DNA from: Nitrospirota bacterium
Lineage (GTDB): Bacteria; Nitrospirota; Thermodesulfovibrionia; Thermodesulfovibrionales; UBA9159
Reading direction: 5' to 3'
Assembly (NCBI GenBank): GCA_963699545.1
Contig: CAVOUE010000003.1
Coordinates: 736,001-800,000, forward strand
Length of the DNA: 64,000 nucleotides
The position numbers and the translations under genes were made by a program. How positions within the stretch are numbered: position 1 is the first letter of the stretch; each line of letters begins with the position of its first letter. Below the pieces are notes generated by a model. The model saw nothing but the letters and a program-made list of their open reading frames with translations, made no database searches and had not been told where the DNA came from. Of the stretch, positions 10,429-21,300 are shown piece after piece.

Positions 10429-12879
10429 ATGCGGCCAGTGAACTGGCTTTCCAGGGGGATTGAGGACAATTGCTATGCAAAGCGGAAGCCGAAGGGCCTT
10501 TTAGCCGTCCGCTGCTGGCTCTGTCTCATCATGCTGCTGGCTTTTGTTTCGGTTGCATCCGGTCAGAAGCTTCCTTTTCTCAGTCCAAAGAGCGAAACGA
10601 ATCCGACGTCACAGGGAAAAGTCGCTCTCCCGGCAACCGAGGAAGAAATTGACAAAACCATAGCCCAGCTCGAAACCCGGCTAGCGGAGGTCCGTCAGCT
10701 GTTCAGTGCGGCAACCGAGGTGTTCAGTGCAGAACACGCGGGTCTGCTCGCGGCAACATCCGATGAACTGCGGAAACGCCGAAAGCTCTTGAGCGAACAG
10801 GTGCTTACCTTGGACAAGGGTGTGGAAGTCTTGCGGGAACTGAAGGAAATACGAAAAACAAACCGCGAACGCGCCGCGGAGATGAAGGCCTGGCAGGGAT
10901 TCGCCGAGAAGCCTCCCTTTCCCATTTCCTTTCTCGACAACCTGCGCGACATCATCCTGGCACAGAAGCTCGACATTCAGACACTTGAAATGAGGCTCTC
11001 GGTCGCAAAAGGTGATCTGCAGAACTTTTCCAAAGGCCTGAAGGAAAGCCAGAAAGACGTTCGTCTTGCAGAGGAACGCCTTGAGAAGAGCAAAGGGACT
11101 TCCACAGAGGCCCGGCAGCGCTGGCTGCGTGACATGGCGCAATTGCAGAACGACCTGAACGAGGCCGGGACCGCGTCATCTGAAACCCAGCGGCTTGCCC
11201 TGGAAGAGGCCCTCGCAGGCCGGAGAGAGTTTATCGGATTTCTCGAAAAAAACTTGGCTGTTGCGGAAAGGCTTTCTCCCCTCTCGAAGACGGACCTCGA
11301 TCTGAAACTTCAGGAGCTGGACGGACAACGAAGGGCGCTAGATACTGAACTCGGTCAGGCCCTGAAAAAAAAGATGGATGTAGAGAAGATCCTGCGGCAG
11401 ACCCGTGAGTCACTGACCGCTGTTCAGGAAAAGTTTGATCCGGGCCGGCAGCCCACCGCAAAGCAGCTCAACGAGTTGAGCCTCCTCCAGTCCCATATTG
11501 CAGCGCAGGAGATACTCGCCGAGACCACGAGCGCGACCGTCGAGATTCTGAAAGGCTTGATCCGGTTGGTGGATACCGCTCAGACGATATGGGAAGACCG
11601 TTATTGGCTTATCAACAACCATGACCTCATGAAGATCAGGGAAAAGTCCGACCAGCTCCTGCAGACACTGAACGGGATCCAGCTCTGGAAAAAATTCATC
11701 CAGAACAGGCTGTCGAACTGGGTTGCCCTCGTCCAGAGCCAGAGAGAGAAGATCGAAAAGACGGACAGGACGGAGACAGAGCGTCAGGATGACCGCATCA
11801 TTCTGAATGCCTACGAGGAACGCCAGGCGATGCTTTTGAGGGGTTCTGAGTCTCTCACCCGTATCGAACGGCTCGCGAACCGGCTCGATGCCGAGCTTAA
11901 GGAGCGGCAGCAGCACGCGCCTCTTCAAGGCCGCCTGAAAGAATCGCTCACGATTGCCTGGTCCTTCGTGAAAAAGATCTGGAATACCGAACTCTATGTG
12001 GCTGAGGAGACGGTTATTGCCGAGGGCAATAAGATCGTGAAGCCCATCAGTGTCACCCTGGGAAAGGTGCTCCAGGCACTCTTGATCTTGCTTGCGGGCA
12101 CATGGATCGCACGCTATCTTATGAGGCCCATCAGGTGGGTGATCATGAGGACGTTCGGAAAGGATGAAAGCGCTGCAGGGCAGGTGAGCAAGATGGTGTT
12201 TTCCCTCTTGCTCATCGGGGTCATTGTTTTCTCCCTCGTCTCTGTGAATATCCCTCTGGCGGTATTTGCCTTCCTTGGCGGCGCGCTGGCCATCGGTCTC
12301 GGTTTTGGGGCGCAGCACCTCATCAATAACTTCATCAGCGGATTGATCCTTCTCTTTGACCGTTCCATCCGGGTGGGAGATGTGGTCGAGGTGGACGGCG
12401 AGGGAGGGAGGGTGACCGCCGTCGGAATGAGGAGCTCCCTCATCAAGCGTTTCGACGGTGTGGAACTGCTGGTGCCCAATAGCCATTTCCTTCAACAGAA
12501 GGTGACAAACCGGACGCTCACGGACAACCGCGTGCGCTACTCAATATCTTTGGGCGTTGCATATGGCTCTCCCACACAGGAAGTATCGAAACTCATTGTA
12601 AAGGCTGTCCAGGACCACGGCCTTGTGTTGAAGGACCCTCCGCCTGTCGTACTGTTCGAACAATTTGCCGATAGCGCACTCACCTTCTCCGTCTATTTCT
12701 GGCTTCACCTGGAGCCTGACAGAGACAACCGTATCATTTTGAGCGATATACGTCACCACATTACTACGCTCCTCGGTAAGGCCGGGATTGTTATCGCATT
12801 CCCGCAGCGGGATGTACATCTCGACTCGGCAAGACCGATAGAGGTCAAGGTCGTCCCTTCGGGAAAGAACCCTGATTAA
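10429..12879 (+). CDS. Large MscS-family mechanosensitive channel with periplasmic coiled-coil (MscK-like); start codon uncertain
   Basis: GGALAIGLGFGAQHLINNFISGLILL..RSIRVGDVVE, VPNS and IAFPQRDVH motifs. Confidence 0.9.
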   Translation: MRPVNWLSRGIEDNCYAKRKPKGLLAVRCWLCLIMLLAFVSVASGQKLPFLSPKSETNPTSQGKVALPATEEEIDKTIAQLETRLAEVRQLFSAATEVFSAEHAGLLAATSDELRKRRKLLSEQVLTLDKGVEVLRELKEIRKTNRERAAEMKAWQGFAEKPPFPISFLDNLRDIILAQKLDIQTLEMRLSVAKGDLQNFSKGLKESQKDVRLAEERLEKSKGTSTEARQRWLRDMAQLQNDLNEAGTASSETQRLALEEALAGRREFIGFLEKNLAVAERLSPLSKTDLDLKLQELDGQRRALDTELGQALKKKMDVEKILRQTRESLTAVQEKFDPGRQPTAKQLNELSLLQSHIAAQEILAETTSATVEILKGLIRLVDTAQTIWEDRYWLINNHDLMKIREKSDQLLQTLNGIQLWKKFIQNRLSNWVALVQSQREKIEKTDRTETERQDDRIILNAYEERQAMLLRGSESLTRIERLANRLDAELKERQQHAPLQGRLKESLTIAWSFVKKIWNTELYVAEETVIAEGNKIVKPISVTLGKVLQALLILLAGTWIARYLMRPIRWVIMRTFGKDESAAGQVSKMVFSLLLIGVIVFSLVSVNIPLAVFAFLGGALAIGLGFGAQHLINNFISGLILLFDRSIRVGDVVEVDGEGGRVTAVGMRSSLIKRFDGVELLVPNSHFLQQKVTNRTLTDNRVRYSISLGVAYGSPTQEVSKLIVKAVQDHGLVLKDPPPVVLFEQFADSALTFSVYFWLHLEPDRDNRIILSDIRHHITTLLGKAGIVIAFPQRDVHLDSARPIEVKVVPSGKNPD

Positions 12880-13020
12880 AATATCTTAATCTTGGTTTTT
12901 GTTGTTGTGGTTCACACAGTGACATGATATCATTCTTGAAGGAAGTCGACTTATCACATGTCCGACCGCTCTCTGAAATAGGTTCTCTTATTGACAACAG
13001 AGCACAGCAAGGAGGATGCA

Positions 13021-13728
13021 ATGAAAGTGAAGTTAAGAAATGTATCAGGCTTGGGAGTTTCGGTAAGTGCAATTCTGTTCGTTGTTCTCGCCCTCTTCAC
13101 CCTGAATGTTCCTGCGGTTGCATCGGACCACGATGATGCCCAAAGCATCGTCGACAGGGCGCGTGTCACCTTCGAAGACCTGATGCGCGACCCAAACTAT
13201 ACATGGCTTCACAGTCACCTGAAGGAGGCGAAAGGCGTCCTGATCTTTCCCCAGGTGCTCAAGGCAGGTTTCATCCTGGGTGGCTCGGGCGGCACAGGGG
13301 TCCTCGCGGTGAGAGATCAGAGGACAGGGGATTGGAGTCAGCCGGCCTTCTATACCATCGGCGCTGTGAGTTTCGGGCTCCAGATCGGCGGTGAAGCGGC
13401 GGAGGTTGTCATGATGGCCATGAGTCAGAAGGCGATTGATTCTCTCTTTGCCTCTTCGGTGAAGCTTGGCGCAGATACCTCCATCGCCGTCGGTCCTCTT
13501 GGGGGCGGCGCAAAGGGGAACATCACCGCTGACTTCATTTCCTTTGCAAAGTCCAAAGGGCTCTACGCAGGGTTGAACCTGGAAGGCTCGGTAGTGGATG
13601 TGAGAGACAGCATCAATAAGGCTTATTACAGCAGGGACGTAAGGCCGGTGGAGATCATTGTGAAAAAAGAGGTCAGCAACTCAGGGTCGGCCGCTCTTCG
13701 TGCAGCGCTGAAAAAGGCGGCCAGGTGA
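13021..13728 (+). CDS. Lipid-binding SYLF/Ysc84 domain protein
   Basis: Signal peptide; AKGVLIFP..KAGFILGGSGGTG; SFGLQIG; SKGLYAGLNLEG. Confidence 0.85.
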   Translation: MKVKLRNVSGLGVSVSAILFVVLALFTLNVPAVASDHDDAQSIVDRARVTFEDLMRDPNYTWLHSHLKEAKGVLIFPQVLKAGFILGGSGGTGVLAVRDQRTGDWSQPAFYTIGAVSFGLQIGGEAAEVVMMAMSQKAIDSLFASSVKLGADTSIAVGPLGGGAKGNITADFISFAKSKGLYAGLNLEGSVVDVRDSINKAYYSRDVRPVEIIVKKEVSNSGSAALRAALKKAAR

Positions 13729-13760
13729 TCTGCGCTCGGTTACGAGCGTAAGGATCACCT
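13723..13760. terminator. Stem-loop after the SYLF gene
   Basis: AGGTGATC-TGCGCTCG-GTTA-CGAGCGTA-AG-GATCACCT. Confidence 0.5.
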
Positions 13761-13788
13761 AGAGAAAGGTGGAAAACAAGCCTGTCCA

Positions 13789-16043
13789 ATGAGAATGTGT
13801 CCGGAAAGGGATAAAGCGTTGGGAAAGATCCGGGGCATCTTCTGCCTCTTCCTGCTCGTTTCTGCTGCGGGATGGATCACCCCGTCCGGGGCGGAAGCCT
13901 CGGAGGCGGAGCGGGCGAAACGTCCGAAGGTCGGTCTCGTGCTCGGCGGTGGCGGGGCAAAGGGCGCTGCTCATATCGGCGTTCTGAAGGTTCTGGAAGA
14001 GCAGAAGATCCCTGTCGATTACATCGCGGGTACCAGCATGGGCGCGATCGTTGCGGCCCTCTATGCATCAGGCCTTTCTGCCGGCGAGCTCGAAAAGGTG
14101 ATTACCGCAATCGACTGGAAAGATGTCTTTTCGGGCAACCCGGACCGTCGGGACATCGACTACCGACGGAAAAGGGAAGACTACGAGATCCTGTACCGGT
14201 CTCTCTCTGGGCATCAAAGACGGCAAGCTGGTCATGCCCAAGGGCCTCATCAAGGACCAGAAGGTGAATGTGCTCTTCGAGACGCTCATGCTCCACACTT
14301 CGGATATCGATGATTTCGACAAGCTGCCGATCCCCTACCGGGCCGTTGCCACAGACCTCGAAACCGGTGAAATGGTGGTGCTCAAGGAAGGGCGGCTTGC
14401 TGATGCTGCACGGGCCAGCATGTCAGTGCCCAGGCGCATTCCCCCCTGTTGAACTGGACGGCAGGCTTCTGATCGACGGTGGCATCGTCCGGAACGTCCC
14501 CATCGACATCGTGCGGGACATGGGAGCAGATATCATCATCTGCGTCGATGTCGACAAGCCCCTGGCGACGAGGAAGGACCTCGGCATGAAGCCTTTCGAT
14601 CCTGAACCAGATGATCGACATCATGATGAAGAAGAACGTCAAGGAGCAGATCAAAACCCTCGGCCCGAAGGATGTCTATATCAATCCCGATCTTGGAGAG
14701 CTCAGTTCCAGGAGATTTTGACAAGGCTGCAGAGATCTCCCGTCTCGGGGAAAAGGCTGCCCGGGAAAAGATCGATAGCCTGAAGAGATATTCTGTTTCG
14801 GACAGCGAATACGCTGCTTTTGCTGCGCGCCATCACCGCGAACAGATGAAAGAGGTGAAGATCGCCTCGGTGAAGATCGAGATAGAGGGAGAGACGAATA
14901 TCTCGCCGGAGGTCGTAGCAAGCAGGCTTTCAATAAAACCCGGTGACACGGTTGACATCGAGAAGCTGAAGCATGAGGCCGGCATCGTATACGGCACAGG
15001 CGATTTCGAGCGCGTCGACCTGAATGTGAAAAGACAGAGGACGGCTACGAACTCAACGTAAAGGCGAAGGAAAAGTCCTGGGGGCCGAATTACCTCCGCT
15101 TCGGCATGGCACTGGAGAGCAATTTCGAAGGAGCGAGCAGCTACAACATTCTTGTGGATTACACGCGGCGGTGGATGAACAGCCTGGGCGCTGAATGGAA
15201 GACACAGGTCAATCTGGGTAACCCGATGGGTATCTACTCTGAATTCTACCAGCCTCTTTCTCAGGAGCGGCTCTTTTTCATATCCCCGCATGTTCAATGG
15301 AAGCAGGAGCCCTATGATATCTGGGTCGGCAAAGACAGGGTGGCCCAATACCGCGTAGTAAGCTATCAAGGTGAGATTGATTTAGGCATCCAGCCCTGGA
15401 TGTATGGCGAAGCAAGGGTCGGCCTTCAGTTCGCCAAATTCAGGGCGAACCAGAGGATCGGTGACTTTGACCTGCCGGAAAACCATGCAACGCGCGGTGC
15501 CATTGTCGCCGGAGCAAGGCTTGATCAGTTAGACAATGTGAATTTTCCCCAATAATGGGTATCTGGCACAGGTCAGGTCCATCTCTTCCCTGAAAGCCCT
15601 TGGCTCGACTGACGAATACTACAAGGTCCAGGGAGCCATCTTGGGCGCAGTCACCTTCGGAAAGCAGACGGTTCTAGGATCCCTCTCAGCCGGAACGCAT
15701 ATTGGCAATGATCTTCCCTTCTATGATCAGTTCAGCCTCGGCGGGTTATTCAATCTTTCCGGGCTTCTATTCCAACCAGATCTATGGGCAGCATATGGCG
15801 CTCGGAAGGTTGATCACCTACCATAGGGTGGGTACGTCGTTCATCGGCGACCTTTATCTGGGCGGGTCAATCGAAAGCGGAAATGTCTGGAATGATGACG
15901 ATAAGTTCGATCTCAGCAAACTGCGTCTGGCCGGAAGCGTCTTCGTCGGATACGATACGATCTTCGGTCCTCTGTACCTTGCCTTCGGGCATGCTGACGG
16001 AGGGTACAATGCCGGGTACTTCTATCTCGGCAGGACGTTTTAG
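13789..16043 (+). CDS. Patatin-like phospholipase + POTRA + Omp85 barrel (PlpD/type Vd-like), split by several frameshifts
   Basis: GGGGAKG, GTSMG nucleophile elbow and DGG in successive frames, then a POTRA-like segment and a barrel ending ...FYLGRTF. Confidence 0.8.
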
Positions 16044-16046
16044 TGA

Positions 16047-16256
16047 GGGCGGTCCCGCCGCAGAATCGTCTGGACAGGGTACGCGAGAGGATCCCTCAAC
16101 AGTGTGATGACCACCACATACCATTCCCCGAAAGGGAAGGTCCAGTTCGAGCTCTGGGTGACGGGGACGGTATCCTCCTTCGCCTTCAGGAACCTGGAGG
16201 CACTGGGCATCAGGGTCACACAGGACGTCGATACGAATGGCGAGTTTATGGATTGA
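16047..16256 (+). pseudogene. Probable C-terminal remnant of a hypothetical protein gene
   Basis: Open frame directly after the TAG TGA of the patatin gene: ...IVWTG...KVQFELWVTGTVSSFAFRNLEALGIRVTQDVDTNGEFMD*. It reads like a protein C-terminus and has no RBS. Confidence 0.4.
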
Positions 16257-16335
16257 GGCTTGTGAGGATGCTCTTTATCCACTATAATTCATTTAGGTGG
16301 TTATTCATCAAATCGCTGGCAAAGGAAACAACTCA

Positions 16336-16977
16336 ATGAGAACACGAGTTCTGCTGTTACGGTGGTTGACCCTGCTTTCTGCAGTGGCGGTGTTTTCCTG
16401 CGCCACGCCGAAGGCTGAACTGACTTCTGTCTGGAAAGATCAGACCTATCAGGGCGGGTACTTCAAGAAAGTACTCGTGATCAGTGCTGCCCGAAAGGAG
16501 ACCATCAGGAACTTTTCAGAGGATGAGTTCGTGAGGCAGCTGAAAGGGCGCGGGACTGATGCGATCGCGAGCTACACGATGATCCCCTTTGAGAAGATGA
16601 TGGACAAGGTCGTCGTCGCTGAAAAGATAAAAGGATTGGGGATCGGGGGTATTCTCGTGACGAGGGTGCTCTATACGCTGACCGACGCTCCCCCCCTTCG
16701 CAAGCAGCCGAACTGGAATGAGTTCTATTCGGACAGTTTCGGCAACGATGACCGGGCGGGCACCGGGCCCCCCGGCAGCCAGGGACTCACCGGTCCCAAG
16801 ATATCCCCCGGGAAAATGATGGCGCGTATCGAGATGAATCTCTATGAGACCGGGAGCGAGAAACCTGCCTGGTCAGCCTCATCTGATATTCCTGTGAAAG
16901 ATGATCCCAGGGACGAGATCAGGGCATTTGTCAGTGTTGTGCTTCAGGAGCTGTCTCGGGAGCGGCTGATTCCGTAG
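16336..16977 (+). CDS. Lipoprotein, unknown function (DUF4136-like)
   Basis: Lipobox VFSC; LTSVWKD..Y.G..FKKVLVI; ExNLYE...WSA. Confidence 0.7.
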   Translation: MRTRVLLLRWLTLLSAVAVFSCATPKAELTSVWKDQTYQGGYFKKVLVISAARKETIRNFSEDEFVRQLKGRGTDAIASYTMIPFEKMMDKVVVAEKIKGLGIGGILVTRVLYTLTDAPPLRKQPNWNEFYSDSFGNDDRAGTGPPGSQGLTGPKISPGKMMARIEMNLYETGSEKPAWSASSDIPVKDDPRDEIRAFVSVVLQELSRERLIP

Positions 16978-17176
16978 AGTGAAACAGGACGAAGCCATGA
17001 ATGCCTCAGGGGCGATAATTGCGTGGGCCTGGAAGGGAAGGCAGAGGAGAATTGAGAGAACATTTTATTTTGGTTCGTGGTTGATGATCGCAACCCGGCG
17101 TGAAGGGGGTGAGACTGGGAAAGGCCTTTTTTGTTATTGCGGTGAGGTTCCAAAAAATCATGCGGGAGGTGTGGAG

Positions 17177-17866
17177 ATGCAAATGAAAGCTGCAATGAGA
17201 GTGTTCATGGTCGTACTTGCCGTGTTCTCCCTGAGCGTTATGTTCGGATGTTCCGGCATGGAATTCGCGCCCAAAGACCCTTATCCGTACTGGTACTATC
17301 CCAAGGAGCTGCCGGAGGCGGGCAGGGCTATAGCTGAGGCGCGTCAGGCCGGCAAGGACAAACAGTGTCCTGCAGAATTCGAGGCTGCAAGGGATTTGAA
17401 GAAGAAGGCCTATGAGGTGTACGCTACATGCAGGACGCAGGAGGCGATCGCCCTGGCCAAGGAGGCGACTGCGAAAGCAAAGGCCCTTTGCGGGCAGAAG
17501 GTCGTGGACAGGATGACCTTGCATGTCAACTTCGACTTTGACAAGTCTGATATCAGACAGGCAGATGTAATGCAGTTGCAGAAGGCCGTCGCCTTCGTCA
17601 AGAAGTACCCCGGTTCCCATGTGAAACTGGAAGGGCATACCGACGGTAAAGGGACCGAACAATACAACCAGAGACTTTCTGAAAGAAGGGCGGAAGCGGT
17701 AAAGCAGTACCTCATTAAAGAGGGTGCTGTTAACAAGACCAAGATTACCGCAACAGGCTATGGCAAGACAAAACCCGTTGCGCCGAACACGACAAAAGAC
17801 GGTAAGGATGATCCTGAAGGACGGGCAAAGAACAGGAGAGTCGAGATCCTTATCATGGCTAAGTAA
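17177..17866 (+). CDS. OmpA-family lipoprotein
   Basis: Lipobox MFGC; VNFDFDKS, LEGHTD..G..YNQRLSERRA and NRRVEI. Confidence 0.9.
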   Translation: MQMKAAMRVFMVVLAVFSLSVMFGCSGMEFAPKDPYPYWYYPKELPEAGRAIAEARQAGKDKQCPAEFEAARDLKKKAYEVYATCRTQEAIALAKEATAKAKALCGQKVVDRMTLHVNFDFDKSDIRQADVMQLQKAVAFVKKYPGSHVKLEGHTDGKGTEQYNQRLSERRAEAVKQYLIKEGAVNKTKITATGYGKTKPVAPNTTKDGKDDPEGRAKNRRVEILIMAK

Positions 17867-17890
17867 GTCGTGTAAAACAAAGTGAAATTC

Positions 17891-17925
17891 GCCGGGGGAG
17901 GGTGGATTGATCCTTCCCCCCCGGC
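17891..17925 (+). terminator. GC-rich stem-loop after the OmpA gene
   Basis: GCCGGGGGAGGG...CCTTCCCCCCCGGC. Confidence 0.5.
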
Positions 17926-18054
17926 GGGCTCATCGAACAGGCCACGGGCTCGTCAGCCATGGCAAGCATTTCACCTCATGTCCCTGGGGGGAGTACGCTT
18001 TTGTGCGGACCGCGATGTATATCCCCCTGCTCGACCGAACCTCCAACATTTATC

Positions 18055-18112
18055 TTGACAAACATATTCACCGAGGTTATGATTTAGTCATCTAATGGTC
18101 AGACCATCAGAT
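18055..18112 (+). promoter_or_regulatory. Sigma70 promoter followed by a FadR-family (LldR/PdhR-type) operator
   Basis: TTGACA (18055-60), 17 bp, TATGAT (18078-83). Near-palindrome ATCTAATGGTCAGACCATCAGAT (18090-18112) with core TGGTCAGACCA. Confidence 0.75.
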
Positions 18113-18200
18113 TGATTGGCCAACAGGGAAGATGTACCGTTTTGTGGATAGGATGTTCGCAGCCGTGAGATCAGAAAGCATTCATCAGGAGGTTCTGTTC

Positions 18201-18359
18201 ATGGAAAAATGGAGATGCATGACGTGCGGCTACATCTATGACCCAGAGGAGGGTGACCCTGATTCCGGCATAGAGTCTGGAACTCGATTTGAGGAGTTGC
18301 CTGACGACTGGGTCTGTCCGAGATGCGGGGTGAGCAAGGAAATGTTCGTAAAGCTATAA
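18201..18359 (+). CDS. Rubredoxin
   Basis: 52 aa, [10 protein letters not shown]...[20 protein letters not shown]. Confidence 0.95.
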   Translation: MEKWRCMTCGYIYDPEEGDPDSGIESGTRFEELPDDWVCPRCGVSKEMFVKL

Positions 18360-18373
18360 CAGACGGATGGGTC

Positions 18374-20512
18374 ATGCAGGAGCCGGTAATGGCGGTTGAT
18401 CTGGAACTTACCGTAAGCGAAGCATTTATCGAAGATGTCGGACAAGGATGGGCGCGTCTTGATGCAGATGATATGAAGACGCTGAGCGCGACGCTGGGTG
18501 ATCTCGTCGAGATCTCGGGCAACCGAAAGACCGTCGCGCGTCTTACCGCGACCTCCGACCAGGACAGGGGGAAGAAGGTCATTCTGATCGACGGTCTTAT
18601 CAGGGAGAATGCGCAGATCAACGTCGGAGAGAAAGTGAAGGTTTGCAAGATCCTCCGTAAGACCGCAACAGGTGTTGTCCTGTATCCTTTGGATATCGAT
18701 GGTCCCCTCCCCGGTGACGCCGAACTGGAGTACTTTGGAAAGGTACGACAGGGGCTCCCCATTATCTCTGGTGACAAAATCAATGTTCCGCTGTTTGGGG
18801 GAAAAGACCGTTTCTTCAGGGTGGAAGGAACATCGCCTTCCGGAGGGGTGATCATTAGCCAGCGTACCAAGTTCCTCTTGCAGAGGCCGGACTATTCCCC
18901 GGAGAGGGGTGCGAAGGTCTCGTATGAGGATATAGGGGGGCTTGAGAGAGAGCTGAAACTCGTGCGTGAGATGGTGGAACTCCCCCTGTACCACGCGGAG
19001 GTGTTTGAGCTTCTGGGGATCGAGGCTCCCAGGGGGGTGCTCCTCTACGGTCCTCCCGGCACGGGCAAAACGCTTATCGCGAAGGCCATTGCCGGCGAAA
19101 CAAAGCTCCATTTCATAAAGGTCGACGGCCCTGAGATCATTCATAAGTTCTACGGGGAGAGCGAGGCGAGGCTGCGGGAAATCTTTGAGGAGGCATCGCA
19201 GAATGCGCCGAGCGTTATCTTTATCGACGAGATAGACGCCATCGCTCCGAAACGTGCAGATGTTCTTGGGGAAGTGGAAAAGAGAGTCGTGGCGCAGCTG
19301 CTGGCACTCATGGATGGTATGGTCTCCAGGGGGCATGTGATCGTGGTCGGTGCGACCAATATTCCTGAGATGATAGATCCAGCCCTCCGTCGCCCGGGGC
19401 GATTTGACAGGGAGATCGCCATTCCCGTTCCGAATGAGGGGGGACGGCTCGCTATCCTGAAGGTTCACAGCCGGCGCATGCCGCTCTCACCTGACGTGAG
19501 CCTCGAACGCCTTGCCCAGATCACCTATGGTTTTGTTGGAGCTGATCTGGAGGCATTGTGCAAGGAAGCAGGGATGGTGACGCTGCGGCGATACCTCTCC
19601 CTCTGCAGCAACGGTGATTTTGATTTCAGGAGCACCCCGGAACATCTTCGTATTACCATGGAGGACTTTCTGAAGGGCCTCCGCGAAATAGATCCCACCG
19701 CGACCCGTGAGTTCTTCACCGAGAGGTCCACGGTGAAGTGGAAGGACGTGGGCGGCCTCAGGGAGATCAAGGAGACCCTCGTTTCCGTAGTGGAATGGCC
19801 GTACAGATATCCGCGCCTCTTCGCGGCGGGCAAGGTCTCGCCTCCCAGAGGTATCTTCTTTGCCGGCCCGTCAGGAACCGGCAAGACACTTATGGCAAAG
19901 GCCCTGGCAGGTGAGACGGGGCTGAATTTCATCTCCCTGAGCGGACCGATGCTTTTCTCGAAATGGCTGGGGGAATCGGAAAAGGCTCTTCATGAGGTTT
20001 TCAAGAAAGCAAAACAGTCCGCGCCCTGCATACTCTTTTTTGATGACATAGATGCCCTGGTGACCAGACGGGGTATCTCCGGCGAGAGCGGGGCGGCAGA
20101 ACGCGTGTCGAGCCAGTTCTTCAACGAGCTGGACCGGTTGAGCGATCTTTCGCAGGTTATCGTCCTGGGAGCCACGAACCGCGAGGATCTCGTTGACCCT
20201 GCCCTGCTCCGTGCGGGACGCCTTGATTTTATCCTCAGATTCCCGGTTCCAGGTGAGGAAGAGAGATTAGAAATATTCAGAGTGCATACGGAAGAAAAAC
20301 CCTTGAGTGCTGATGTGGATCTGAAAAGACTGGCCGGCGAGATGGAAGGGATGGTTGGTTCTGATATAGCATCTGTCTGCAAACGGGCTGCCATGTCGGC
20401 TATTGCGGAGATGATCGGTACGCCTCATGAGGGAACCCCGGAGAAACTCTCAGTGTCCGCAGCTCATTTCATGGCTGCCGTACGTGAGGTCAGGGGCCAG
20501 AATGAGAGGTAA
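18374..20512 (+). CDS. CDC48/VCP-family AAA+ ATPase (N domain + D1 + D2); alternative start at 18389
   Basis: N-domain [48 protein letters not shown]; second ring [28 protein letters not shown]. Confidence 0.92.
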   Translation: MQEPVMAVDLELTVSEAFIEDVGQGWARLDADDMKTLSATLGDLVEISGNRKTVARLTATSDQDRGKKVILIDGLIRENAQINVGEKVKVCKILRKTATGVVLYPLDIDGPLPGDAELEYFGKVRQGLPIISGDKINVPLFGGKDRFFRVEGTSPSGGVIISQRTKFLLQRPDYSPERGAKVSYEDIGGLERELKLVREMVELPLYHAEVFELLGIEAPRGVLLYGPPGTGKTLIAKAIAGETKLHFIKVDGPEIIHKFYGESEARLREIFEEASQNAPSVIFIDEIDAIAPKRADVLGEVEKRVVAQLLALMDGMVSRGHVIVVGATNIPEMIDPALRRPGRFDREIAIPVPNEGGRLAILKVHSRRMPLSPDVSLERLAQITYGFVGADLEALCKEAGMVTLRRYLSLCSNGDFDFRSTPEHLRITMEDFLKGLREIDPTATREFFTERSTVKWKDVGGLREIKETLVSVVEWPYRYPRLFAAGKVSPPRGIFFAGPSGTGKTLMAKALAGETGLNFISLSGPMLFSKWLGESEKALHEVFKKAKQSAPCILFFDDIDALVTRRGISGESGAAERVSSQFFNELDRLSDLSQVIVLGATNREDLVDPALLRAGRLDFILRFPVPGEEERLEIFRVHTEEKPLSADVDLKRLAGEMEGMVGSDIASVCKRAAMSAIAEMIGTPHEGTPEKLSVSAAHFMAAVREVRGQNER

Positions 20513-20513
20513 T

Positions 20514-21223
20514 ATGCTGAAGGCGGTCGAAAAAAAGCGGGCATATGAGGACATCGTCAGGCAGATCTTCGACCTCATCGAGAAGGGAAGGCTGAAGAAA
20601 GGCGACCAGCTTCCGACCGAAAGAGAACTGACGGATACCTTCAAGGTCTCCCGCGCCACCGTGCGGGAGGCGATCCGCACCCTGGAATCCATGAGACTTG
20701 TGGAGAGCAGGCAGGGCAACGGCACCTATGTCCTCGCCTCAAGCGAAGAGACCCTCGTGCAGCCTTTGGCAGCAGCCCTTTTCTCTGAGAGGGACGACCT
20801 CATCGACATCTTTTCGCTCCGCAGGGTCATCGAGCCGTATATCGCTCAGCTTGCGGCATCGTATGCGACGCGTGACGAGATCAAAGAGCTCGAAGAGATA
20901 GTGCAGGAGCAGGAAAGATTCTTGAAAGTGGTTCAAATATGATGAGGACCGATTCCGCCTTCCACAGCAGTCTCGCCGGAATGACGAAGAACCGGATACT
21001 GGAACGTCTTCTGCTTGCCATTGTTGACCTGTTGGCCCAGACCCGTGAAGAGTACCTGCAGAATGAGGAGCGGGCGCACAGCTCTCTTCGCGGGCATCAG
21101 AAAGTCCTGTCGGCTATTAAAGATGGTGATTGCGCCGCTGCCAGGGAGGCGATGCTCCATCACCTGGACAGCGTAGAGGGGCTCATATTCAAGAAGAAAA
21201 AGGGAGGTGGGAGATGCGAATAG
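20514..21223 (+). CDS. FadR/GntR-family transcriptional regulator (copy 1); frameshift near 20915-20940
   Basis: wHTH LPTERELTDTFKVSRATVREA...G.GTYV plus FCD domain D.AFH...N; collinear with copy 2 once one base is restored. Confidence 0.88.
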
Positions 21224-21263
21224 TGTCGGGTCGGGCATAGGGATTATTTTACATTGTTTAAAC

Positions 21264-21280
21264 GACCGGTCTTACCGGTC
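21264..21280. promoter_or_regulatory. Palindrome upstream of the oxidoreductase genes, candidate second FadR-type operator
   Basis: GACCGGT-CTT-ACCGGTC; the core GGTCTTACC resembles the PdhR/LldR-type box. Confidence 0.5.
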
Positions 21281-21300
21281 AACACTGAGGAGGTATGCTA

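Noticed and set aside
18236-19468. Long antisense ORFs (also 26632-27984, 31343-32320, 4514-5791, 11410-12495)
   Set aside because: Shadow ORFs opposite well-conserved genes in GC-rich DNA, with no recognisable motifs.
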